A stretch of 64,000 bases of DNA from NCBI GenBank assembly GCA_964016885.1, contig OZ024758.1, positions 32,674,001 to 32,738,000 of the forward strand, in the 5' to 3' direction. This document shows, piece by piece, positions 37,261-49,124 of this stretch (position 1 is the first letter of the stretch; each line of letters opens with the position of its first letter). Made by a program: the position numbers and the translations under genes. The notes under the pieces were generated by a model. That model was given only the letters and a program-made list of their open reading frames with translations. It had not been told where the DNA came from and searched no databases. This stretch comes from Eledone cirrhosa (lineage: Eukaryota).

Positions 37261-37825
37261 TCAACATTCGTGGGAAAGGGTCGATTTTTGCAGGGGTGTG
37301 TCTATGCTTCCTGTCTCTGAATTGAAGCTTCACATGGGTGCTTGGTAGCTCGCGGATTCATATTAATTTATTAAATCCGGGTTGCTCCATTTATTCTCAG
37401 CTTATCCATACATAAAGGTAGAATTCAGGGCTAGAAGAACAGTGGTGGTGGTAATAATGGCAGGGTGTGTTGGGGCTGCAACGGGTGAGGGGAGAGGTAG
37501 GTAGTAGTAGAAATGGCAGAGATTGTTGGGGTTGGTAATAAGTGGGACGGGGATCATGCTGAGGTTTGATTAGTCGAATAGGCTATGGTGGCGTGAGGGG
37601 GTGGGTGGAAGGGAAATTGTAAGATAGGTAGCCATCATTGCCTATAATATCTCATGGCAAAATAAACCGATACGAGTACCTATATTAGACAAGGCGAAAT
37701 GTTAGGATTTCGAAGGGGGTAGACGATTTCGAAGGGGGTAGACGACTTCGTAGAGACAGTGAAATGATAAATACAACAACACTAATAATAATGTAAGAGA
37801 TATATATATACATATATATATATAT

Positions 37826-40768
37826 ATTCAAGAGACCAGGTGGAGGGGTGGGTCTGCTAGGTTCATTGAGGGTAAAAAACGATGTTATAAGCTTTTCTGG
37901 GTGGGAAACGACGATGGGCTGGGTGGAGTAGGAATCATGGTAGCAGAAAAGTGGGCAGATAAGATAATAGACGTAAATAGAGTGAACGACAGAATAATTA
38001 AAATACGACTTGTCCTCAATAGAACTACGGTGACAGTAATATCTGCGTACGCACCCCAATCCGGACTGCCCGGCACTATAAAAGACAGATTCTATGAGAC
38101 ACTGATGCTAACTACCTCCCAAATATCCGACAGTGACTATATAATTATCGCAGGCGACCTAAATGGTCATGTTGGACAACATTGTGACGGCTACGACGAA
38201 ATCCATGGAGGCTATGGGTTTGGTACTAGAAATGAGGAAGGCTCCAGAATCCTGGAATTCTGTGATGCAAATAACCTAACTATCTGTAACACTAACTTCA
38301 AAAAACGTGACAATCACCTGATCACCTATAGATCCGGGGAACACACAAGCCAGGTAGATTATATCCTTACCAGAAGACGTGACAGAGTGTCTGTTGTAAA
38401 CACTAAATCCCTCCCCCATGAAGAATGCACCTCCCAACATAGACTGATAATTAGCGACCTCATAGTCAGGACGAGACGTACTCGACAGCAGAAGAGAACT
38501 ATCCTCAGGAGAAAAATATGGAAGCTAAAGGACCACACAGCCAGGAATAAATTTCAAAGCATATTACTTGATGCTTTCGACAGTAAGGAAGAACATTTAG
38601 AGTCGGACAATATAGAGGGAGAGTGGGAATTTCTGAAAGCAAACCTGCTGTTGGCGACAGACGAAGTCTGTGGCCGGAGCAGGCCTGTAGGCAGGAGGAG
38701 AGTAACATGGTGGTGGAACAGTAAGGTGGAGGGGTCAATTAAGGCCAAAAAGCAGGCTTGGAAAGTATGGCGGGATGGGGGAAGTAGAGAAGACTATCAA
38801 GTGGCCAGGAGGGAAGCTAGGAGACAAGTGTACTTAGCAAGAAGGGAAGCTGAGGAAAGAAAGTTCAAGCATGTTCTACAACGCGATGACCAAAAACGTG
38901 AGGTGTTCAGGATTGCTAGGCAATGCGTCAAGGAAAACCGTGATATTGTCGGGGAGAAGTGTGTACTAAACGACGATGGCACACTTGCCATCACCGACGC
39001 TGATAAGAAGGTAGCTTGGAAGTGTCACTATGAAAGGCTACTAAATGAGGAGAATAAATGGGAGAAAGACAGTCTCCCCCATATCGACCCAATAGAGGGA
39101 CCAGCAGTGTTAGTCGAGGGGAGTATAATAAGTAAGGCAATCAAGGATATGAAGACAGGTAAGGCGGCTGGGCCTTCGGAAATAGTTGCTGAGATGCTGA
39201 AGGCATCTGGCACGGTGGGACACACCATGGTCACCCGCATAGTTAACCAAGTCGTACAGAATGGGGTTGTTCCGAAGGACTGGCATAGCAGCATCATCGT
39301 TAACTGTTATAAGGGTAAAGGAGACGCCCTAGATAGGAGTAACTATAGAGGCATTAAATTAATCGACCAGGTCATGAAGGTCACGGAAAAAGTAATAGCG
39401 CAACTAATCAGAGAGAGAATTGACCTAGATGAAATGCAGTTCGGGTTTGTGTCAGGCAAAAGTACCACAGACGCTCTTTTCATAGTACGACAACTACAGG
39501 AGAAGTACCTAGCTAAAGGTAAACCCCTCTACTTAGCTTTTGTCGACTTGGAGAAAGCCTTCGACAGAGTCCCCTGCTCCATTATCTGGTGGGCTCTTAG
39601 AAAACTAGGCGTTGACGAATGGCTTGTGAGGGCTATACAAGCCATGTATAAAGAAACAGTCAGCAAGGTTAGAATTAACAACGAATATAGTGAAGAGTTT
39701 AGCGTAAAAGTTGGCGTCCATCAGGGCTCTGTTCTCAGCCCACTACTATTTATTATTGCCCTTCAGGCTATAACAGAGGAGTTCAAGACAGGCTGCCCAT
39801 GGGAACTCCTATACGCAGACGACCTGACACTCATAGCGGAATCAATGGCCGAGCTAGAGAAGAAATTCCAAACATGGAAGCACGGCCTAGAGTCAAAAGG
39901 ACTTAAAATTAACCTGGCTAAGACCAAAGTACTAGTTTGTAGGAAAGAAAACAAGGCGGCGGTCCCTTCTGGGAAATGGTCGTGCTCGGTGTGTAGGAAA
40001 GGCGTAGGTAGAAACTCCATTTTATGTCCTAAATGCAAAGTATGGGTGCATAAAAGATGTAGTGGGATCACAGGTAAGCTAACTAAGAACATAGATTTTA
40101 CATGTGGCCGGTGCTCTGGTGCAATAAGTAGCAGCAAGTGCCCACAAAATACTAGCTCTTTCAATTGCGCAGAGGGTTCCATAGAAATAGTGGACAGCTT
40201 CCGTTACCTGGGCGATAAAATCAGCAGTGGGGGAGGGTGCTCTGAAAGTACTGTAGCTAGAGTCAGAACTGGTTGGAAAAAGTTCAGAGAGCTTATACCA
40301 CTATTAGCTGCTAAAGGGTTCTCACTAAAAATGAAAGGCAGGTTGTACGATGCCTGCATACGAACAGCAATGCTGCATGGCAGTGAGACCTGGGCATTGT
40401 GTGCAGAGGATATACGCAGACTAGAGAGGAACGAAGCTTGCATGCTCCGCTGGATGTGTAACAGTAATATACGTGAACGGCAAAGCATAAACGAACTAAG
40501 GAAAAAATTAGAGATAAGAGGGATCAGATGTTGTATACTCGAGAGAAGGCTACATTGGTATGGACACGTGATGCGCATGAAAGTCGATAGCTGTATAACA
40601 AAGTGCAGAGCAATAAAGATAGACGGTAGTCACGGAATAGGCAGACCTAGAAAAACCTGGGACGAGCTGATAAACTCCGACATCACACACTTACACCTCT
40701 CCAAGACAATGTCACTGGACCGAGACCTTTGGCGGTACTCAGTAACAGAGAAGACCCGCCTTACCTAA
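37826..40768 (+). CDS. RTE ORF: APE, RT and PHD-like finger; lacks the N-terminus and start codon
   Basis: Frame open from IQETRW at 37826. SAYAPQ, GDLNGHVG, QVDYIL, SQHR; GVHQGSVLSP, LYADD; CSVC..CPKCKVWVHKRC..CGRC. Confidence 0.9.
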   Translation: MQETRWRGGSARFIEGKKRCYKLFWVGNDDGLGGVGIMVAEKWADKIIDVNRVNDRIIKIRLVLNRTTVTVISAYAPQSGLPGTIKDRFYETLMLTTSQISDSDYIIIAGDLNGHVGQHCDGYDEIHGGYGFGTRNEEGSRILEFCDANNLTICNTNFKKRDNHLITYRSGEHTSQVDYILTRRRDRVSVVNTKSLPHEECTSQHRLIISDLIVRTRRTRQQKRTILRRKIWKLKDHTARNKFQSILLDAFDSKEEHLESDNIEGEWEFLKANLLLATDEVCGRSRPVGRRRVTWWWNSKVEGSIKAKKQAWKVWRDGGSREDYQVARREARRQVYLARREAEERKFKHVLQRDDQKREVFRIARQCVKENRDIVGEKCVLNDDGTLAITDADKKVAWKCHYERLLNEENKWEKDSLPHIDPIEGPAVLVEGSIISKAIKDMKTGKAAGPSEIVAEMLKASGTVGHTMVTRIVNQVVQNGVVPKDWHSSIIVNCYKGKGDALDRSNYRGIKLIDQVMKVTEKVIAQLIRERIDLDEMQFGFVSGKSTTDALFIVRQLQEKYLAKGKPLYLAFVDLEKAFDRVPCSIIWWALRKLGVDEWLVRAIQAMYKETVSKVRINNEYSEEFSVKVGVHQGSVLSPLLFIIALQAITEEFKTGCPWELLYADDLTLIAESMAELEKKFQTWKHGLESKGLKINLAKTKVLVCRKENKAAVPSGKWSCSVCRKGVGRNSILCPKCKVWVHKRCSGITGKLTKNIDFTCGRCSGAISSSKCPQNTSSFNCAEGSIEIVDSFRYLGDKISSGGGCSESTVARVRTGWKKFRELIPLLAAKGFSLKMKGRLYDACIRTAMLHGSETWALCAEDIRRLERNEACMLRWMCNSNIRERQSINELRKKLEIRGIRCCILERRLHWYGHVMRMKVDSCITKCRAIKIDGSHGIGRPRKTWDELINSDITHLHLSKTMSLDRDLWRYSVTEKTRLT

Positions 40769-41172
40769 AAATATATAGTAAAACCTACTCCAGCCAGTAG
40801 GCATCTCTAACAAAATACACCCCGTCCCACCACCACCACCACCCCCACCCCATCCACACCACCCCGTTCTATGTAAAGTTATGTTGGTGCCGCGCCATCG
40901 AGGCCGAAACAAATGAGATCGTGTAGGTGTCACAACAAAAAAACACACAGTCCACGCTGTAATGTGGCCGTGTAGGCAACACGGTAAAAACCTCCCAGAC
41001 CCACACTGTAAATGTGGTTGGTGTTAGGAAGGGCATCCAACTGTAGAAAACCTGCCAGACAGTCCTATGCGAGCAAGACAATCACTCTTGCCTCAAGTGG
41101 GACTACCCCCGTCCAAACCCATGCAAGCGTGGAACACGGACGTTAAACGTTGATGATGATGATGATGATGAT
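37826..41172 (+). mobile_element. Near-full-length RTE LINE, 5'-truncated inside APE and flanked by (TA)n
   Basis: Uninterrupted ORF, about 390-nt 3'UTR and (GAT)n tail. Confidence 0.95.
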
Positions 41173-41202
41173 ACATACATATATATATATATATATATAC
41201 AT

Positions 41203-41619
41203 AAACGGAAAAAATGAAACGAAATTTCATTTCTCACTCTTAGTACGTTTATCGTTTTCGGTACCCCGGCCAATTAACTCACTCGATATGCAAATTAGGC
41301 TGCTCAGCCGTTAATATGCATAAGGAAAGTATATACTTTCAGACGTTCAATCAACTGGCAGGATGGTATACGTTGCCGACGATAGCTAATAAGCTTGAAA
41401 CTAATACAGCGTTCCTTTGTCAGTGTTGAACAAATGAGCAACGATGGTTGCTAGACACTGTTCAGCTTAATTCGGGCTGTTTGTTTACAAACACACCGAG
41501 CATTATAAATGTTCGGTGAATCCATACGTACATATATATATATGTGTGCATGTATGTATATATATATACATACTACTGTATGTCTGTATACATATATGTA
41601 TGTACGTATACATACTTAT

Positions 41620-41620
<1 letters not shown>
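41203..41620. repeat. Second copy of the 26273 repeat, with a 43-bp terminal block inverted relative to the body
   Basis: 41203-41247 is in the same orientation as 26704-26748, while 41248-41620 is the reverse complement of about 26330-26705. Confidence 0.75.
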
Positions 41621-42557
<937 letters not shown>

Positions 42558-42607
42558 ATGATGACTGCCCCCTCGTTATCGAGTATGGCCATTGCACGAG
42601 GAGAAAA

Positions 42608-42661
<54 letters not shown>

Positions 42662-45600
42662 ATATACATATATACACATATATATATACATACACACATA
42701 TACATTAATAACAATAATAATAATAATAACAACAACAATAATAACGACAACAACAACAATAATAAGATACATATATATATGCACACACACGCGCACACAT
42801 AAACATATCTACACACACACACACACACACGATAGCAACTAACAGCGCTGCGATCGAATGTGGCTTTTTAGCCCAGCCAATGATCTAAAATGTCTTGCAC
42901 AGAGTCGGCAACCAAAACATTCACTGGGAATAGTCGGCTGTGGTTGGAGTTCGTGTACTTTTGCATGTCGCTTGAGCCCTCCTGCTGATTTACATTCTCT
43001 ACCACATGTTTGGCAAGCATGATGAGTAGCATCTCCAACAGCAGCCTGGTAGTCAACCACTGGTCTTACTTTATGACTGTGAAGATGACTTTCGAGTCCA
43101 GCTTTGCTTAGGCAGAGTCTCGCACAGACGCTGCATGTCAGCACCATAGGAGGACCCTCGCCGTCTGGAAGTGCAACAGCAATGCCCTTCCTCACATCCC
43201 GCTTTACTTTCTCGTATGCGATTCGAGATGCCTCAAAGGCAACTTTTCCCTCATATATAGTCTTTCTCCATTTATTACGATCAGCAGCAATATTTTCCCA
43301 TGTATCAGCAGAGATGTTAGCGTCTTTCAGAGAGGCTTTCAAGGAATCCTTATACCTCTTTTTTGGTTTATGTGGCGGTCGTTTTCCTTTAACCAACTCT
43401 CCATAAAAGAGTTGTTTTGGTATTCTAGAATCCTTCATCCTGGCAAGGTGACCACTCCATTGGAGTCTTTGCTTAAGCACAAGAGCTTCTATACTCTCAC
43501 ACATAGAGCTTTCCCAAATCTCGACATCACTGATGTGGTCCCTCCAGTGAACGCCATGGATCCGTCTGAGACACATCTGATGGAAACGCTCCAATTGCTT
43601 AAGGTAGTGTCGATATGTGACCCAGGTCTCGCAGGCATAAAGAAGACAAGAGAGCACACATGCCCTGTACACCTTTACCTTTGTCCTCCTGCATATGTCT
43701 CGCCGACCCCAGAGTCGCCTTTCTAGCTTTCCGAAAGCATCACTTGCTTTCCTAATCCTAAGTGAGATTTCACTGTCAAGGTTGCTGTATCGATTGACAG
43801 TGCTTCCCAGGTAGACAAACTGATCAACCACTCTAAGTCGTTTACCATACACATAGATATTTGGTTCAGTGTACTGCTTACCAGGGGCAGGTTGGTACAT
43901 GACGACGGTTTTCTTGAGACTGACAGTTAATCCTAGGGCAGTGCAAGTGCCAGAAAATGCATTGAAAATGTGCTGCATATCACTCTCTGTGTGCGCTACA
44001 AGATCGCAATCATCTGCATACAAGAGGTCTCTTATGATTGATGTAAACACTTTTGTCTTTGCAGCAAAGCGCCTGATGTTAAATATGCTGCCTGAGGTTC
44101 GATATCGGATGTAAACACCGTGCTCGCAATTCCTGAATGCAATACAGAAAACCATTGCAAAGTATATGGCAAACAGGGTCGGTGCTGGAATATCCCCCTG
44201 TTTCACCCTATTTTTTACTGAGATAGGCTCCGACATTAACCCAAGCCTTCATGTCGTCATGGAAAGACCTACCTAAAGCAAGGAACTTATCAGGGCAACC
44301 AAGTTTCTGGAGAACCTTCCACAATGCATCTCTGTTAACAGTATCAAAAGCTTTTGTCAAATCGACAAAAACCTGATACAGATCCAAACCTTGTTCCATG
44401 CACTTCTCCTGGAGCTGTCTAGCTGAGAAGATCATATCCGTAGTGCCGCGTCCAGCACGAAAACCAGATTGACTTTCAGGAAGAACACAATCTGCAATGT
44501 GTGTCAGCAGATGGTCCAAAAGCACCCTACATAAAACTTTCCCTACGACAGAAAGCAATGATATACCTCTGTAGTTCCCACAATCATTCCTGTTACCCTT
44601 TCCCTTGTACAAGACCACCATTACTGCATCTCTCCAGTCCTCAGGTACGGATTCATTAGCCCATATCCTGCCAAACAAAGAGTGAAGATGTTGCAGGAGT
44701 CTCTCACCACCATATTGTAGGAGCTCAGCATGTATGCCATCCATACCTGGAGCCCTTCCACTGTTCACATTGAAGACAGCTACTGCAACTTCCTCTAACG
44801 TTGGTGGTACTACGAGAGCTACTTTCACAGGTTTTTCAGGGATTAGATTGAGGAAATCTTCACTGACGACAGACGGCTGATTCAAAAGATCATCAAAGTG
44901 CTCTCGCCACCTTCATAGAATTCCTTGTGAGTCACGAAGAAGTTCTTTTCCATCCTTGCAGCGAAGCGGTGTCACCAGAGAAGAAGACGGTCCCTAAACC
45001 TCACGCAAGAGACTGTACTTTGTGTTATTGGAATCTGACTTAGTTTGTATCTCACCAGCCTTCTCACTCCACCACTGATCCTTCATCTGAGAAAGACTCC
45101 GCCTAACACGTGATTTTACATCCTTGAGTTCCTCATGCAACGTATTCCTCTCCTGTGGTTTTGCCGTCAAGTAGCGTGACAGAGCACGCCTCTTATCAGC
45201 CAACAAGTCTTCTATATGTACATCATTCTCATCAAACCAGTCCTGATGTTTCCTCTGCGCCAATCCCAGAACACGCCTGCCTACATCATAAACCTACTTT
45301 TTAAGGGTCGGCCAATCCTCACCAAGATCTGCAGCCTGCATCTCTTTTTCCAATGTCCTCTTCACATTTTTATCCTTAAGACGAGCAGCATTCAATCTTT
45401 TGGGCAGGGCAACGCCAGGAGCCCGGATTTTACGTTTAGTGATTAGTTTCACTTTTGCGCGTACCAGGCGGTGGTCCGTCCAGCACTCAGCTCCACGAAG
45501 AGCACGAACACACTGCACATCCTGTCTGTCACGCATCCTGACTAAGACGTAGTCCAAAAGATGCCATTCCTTAGATGCAGGATGCATCCATGTGGTCTTG

Positions 45601-46690
45601 AATTTGTTCTTTTGTTGGAACATGGTGTTGGTAACACACAGATCCAGCTCCTCACAGATCTGCAGCAGGAGCATACCATTGTTGTTACACTTTCCCACCC
45701 CATGCCTTCCGATTACATTCCATGTGTTAAAATCCCTACCCACTCTAGCATTAAAGTCACCAAGCACGATGACTTTGTCTGCCTGCGGGATATTTCTTAA
45801 AACACCTTTCAAGGCATGGTAAAAGGACACTTTTTCTTCATCGACAGAATTCATAGTTGGAGCATACACACTCACCAGGGTCGCATATCTTCCCTTGTCC
45901 AGCGGAATTCTCATGGACATAAGATGCTCACTAATCCCTACTGGGAATTCTTCTAATTTATTCACAAGAAGTCTTAACAGCAAATCCTACCCCAGCCTCT
46001 CTTCTGGTTCCTTCATCTCTTCCTTTCCAGAAGAATGTATATTCTCCACAAAATTCTGTAAGATGACCATCTCCAGCTAACCACGTCTCAGATAAAGCCA
46101 CGATGTCAAGATCGTAACGTTGGAGCTCCTTTGCATCAAGAGTGGTCCTTCGTTCAGGATGCTCCAAGGACTCCCTGTCAAGCAGCGTCCGTACGTTCCA
46201 GCAGCCAAGACTAAATACCTTGTTTGGCTCTATTACAATGGCACGATGAGGAGCGGGCCCAGGCTGTGATAACCTGGGGCCCCTGCTCTTATTGCCAATT
46301 ATCTCTTTTATATTGTTCTGGAACATCATTGAATTGGAAAAAAAAAAAAAGTAATTATAATAGTAACAATATTAATAATAATAATAATAATAATAATACA
46401 CTATTAATAATTATTAATGCGCTCGTGCAATGCCTGTGCGTGACGAATATTTTTAAAGTGAGGAAAGACTGTGCACTGAGCCAATCCCACTCTCTGAGCG
46501 ACAGTAGCTATAACCCGAAAAGAAGAAAAGATCAACATCATCGGTAACTACTGAGCCGCAGGTTTTATGTCGGAGTTAACCCAGTTTCCTAAGATGCCTT
46601 CTCCTAGAAGAATGCCCTGACAAAGGCTAGGGGTTCTTCACTCCCAGTGGTTTAACTGCGCGATCGGGCATCCAGCCCGATTATTTCTAT
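42558..46690 (-). mobile_element. Near-full-length BovB-like RTE with frameshifts and three C-terminal C2H2 fingers
   Basis: GCWNVRTL, SETW, VYAPT, GDFNARVG, TDHRLV (APE); NYRGISLL, FVDLTKAFD, LYADD (RT); three CxxC-x12-HxxxH-type repeats. The 5'UTR spans about 46420-46690. Confidence 0.93.
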
Positions 46691-47392
46691 GTCCCCGCGC
46701 AAAAAAAAAAAAAAAAAAAATCACTTATTGACACTTATACGTACGACATACACACACGCGCATACATATGCGTGCACACAGCAACACTCATACATACAAA
46801 CAAACACACACACGCTACTCTACTCACTTACACACACACACACAGATATATATATATATATATATATATTACCGTCATTACTGATACAAGATTACAAGAT
46901 TATGTCAACTGTTGACTTTCAAGAGCTTGTATAGTTGAAGCCGATCGTACTACAGTCCAGTATTATGATAATTGCTTTACAGCATAGAGTCACGGCCCTC
47001 CACGCTCTGAGCTTAAATCCCGCCGAGGTCAACCTTGCCCTTCATCCCCACAGAGTCAACAAACCAGATTTCAACCCCAACATCTACAATGTTTACAGCA
47101 ACAACAGCTTCAGAATGAATTGAAATGAAGATTTACAACAACAACAACAGCGGCATCAAACGATAAAAAAAAACAAATAAAACCACAAACAAACAAAAAA
47201 ACTCAAAATAACAAAACACACACAACACAACACAACAATATCAACTGCCACCACCACCACCACCACAACCGCCACCATCACCATCACCAGCGACCGGGGC
47301 CTTAACAAAACAACTTTAATAATAATAATTTTTCTGCTTTTGGCACGGATCCAGCGACTGGTCTAGCGCATTACTGGTACTCTCTTTTGTTG

Positions 47393-47710
<318 letters not shown>

Positions 47711-47840
47711 CCACCACCGCCGTTTAACGAAAGAGGTCAGAGAATTCTGGCCGGATATGACCGGTTTAAATGCTAAAGAGTTAAATATAAGGTGTGCAGC
47801 AGGAAGTGGTCAAGAAGGTATGTATGTATATATTATATAT

Positions 47841-48068
47841 ATCATCATCATCATCATCATCGTTTAACGTCCATCTTCCATGTTTGCATGGAAGATGGAC
47901 GGAAGTTTTCCCACTTGAGGCAAGCGTGGTTGTCTGGCGGGTTTTCTATGGTTGGATGCCATTCCTAAGACCAACCACGTTTACAGTGTGGACTGGGAGG
48001 TTTTTACAGTGTTGCCTAGACGGCCACATTACAGCGTGGACTGTGTGTTTTTTTGTCATGACACCTAC
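47841..48068 (-). mobile_element. RTE 3'UTR fragment matching 40920-41170
   Basis: Reverse-complement similarity and a (CAT)n tail. Confidence 0.8.
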
Positions 48069-48107
48069 ACATATATGTATATATGTATATATATATATAT
48101 ATATGTA

Positions 48108-48470
48108 TCATCATCATCATTTTACGTCTGCTTTTCCCTGCTTGCAAGAGTGGGACGGGAACTGGTTCTGGCTCGATTTCTACAGCTGGATGCCCTTCCT
48201 AACACCAACCTCATTTACAGTGAGTGCTGGGTGCTTTTTTGGCGTGGCATCTCCACAACCACTTTGCAGTGGAACGATAGGGACCCCAGTCCCTATCGTC
48301 TCATTTCTACAGCTGAGTAAACTGGAGCAATATGAAATAAAGTGTCTTGCTCAAGGAAACAACACATCACCCGGTCTGAGAATTGAACTCAAAACCTTTT
48401 GATTGCAAGCTCGAAAGGTTGTGAGTTCAAATCTCAGACCGGGTGATGTGTTGTTTCCTTGAGCAAGACA
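48108..48470 (-). mobile_element. CORE-SINE, 5'-truncated, with a 60-bp fold-back duplication
   Basis: 48343-48402 is inverted at 48411-48470. Confidence 0.85.
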
Positions 48471-48681
48471 TACATATATATATATATATATATATACATA
48501 CATATATATATATACATTGATACATATATACATACATACATATATACATACATACATATATATATATATACATACATATATATACATACAAACATATATA
48601 TATATGTGTGTGTATATATATAGTTATGTAATAAACAACATAAGGCAATTATTACATATATTCCTACATATATACACACAC

Positions 48682-48726
<45 letters not shown>

Positions 48727-48730
<4 letters not shown>

Positions 48731-48998
48731 CACATGGCTCAGTGGTTAGAGCATTGGCCTTGCAATCGAAAGGTTGTGAGTTCAATTCTCACACCAGGTG
48801 ATGTGTTCTTTCCTTGAGCAAGACACTTTATTTCACATAGCTCCAGTTTACTCAGCTGTAGAAATGAGATGATAGGGACTGGGGTCCATATCATTCCACT
48901 GCAAAGTGGTCGTGGAGGTGCCACAGCAAAAAAGCCAGAATCAGTTCCTGTCCCACCCTTGCAAGCAGGGAAAAGTGGACATAAAATGATGATGATGA
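48727..48998 (+). mobile_element. CORE-SINE with internal deletion, downstream of (GA)n
   Basis: Same head, CORE and tail as 53206-53540. Confidence 0.88.
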
Positions 48999-49031
48999 TA
49001 TGTTTTTTTCGAAATATTTACTTCTGCGTTC

Positions 49032-49106
49032 ACAGATTGATTTTTTAGTTTCAGAAGATCCCGTTAAGGGTGAAAGCAGCGATTCTCTGCTTAAACTTTA
49101 ATCTGT
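49032..49106 (+). ncRNA. Type I hammerhead-like fold with variant core CAGAAGA
   Basis: ACAGATT GATTTTTT AGTTT [CAGAAGA] T CCC GTTAA GGG T [GAAA] GCAG CGATTCT CTGC [TT] AAACT TT AATCTGT. A partial second copy lies at 3471-3525. Confidence 0.65.
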
Positions 49107-49124
49107 TATTTTAATAAATATATA

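Noticed and set aside
37707-37751. 19-bp tandem GATTTCGAAGGGGGTAGAC
   Set aside because: Only about 2.3 copies, a local duplication with no further structure.
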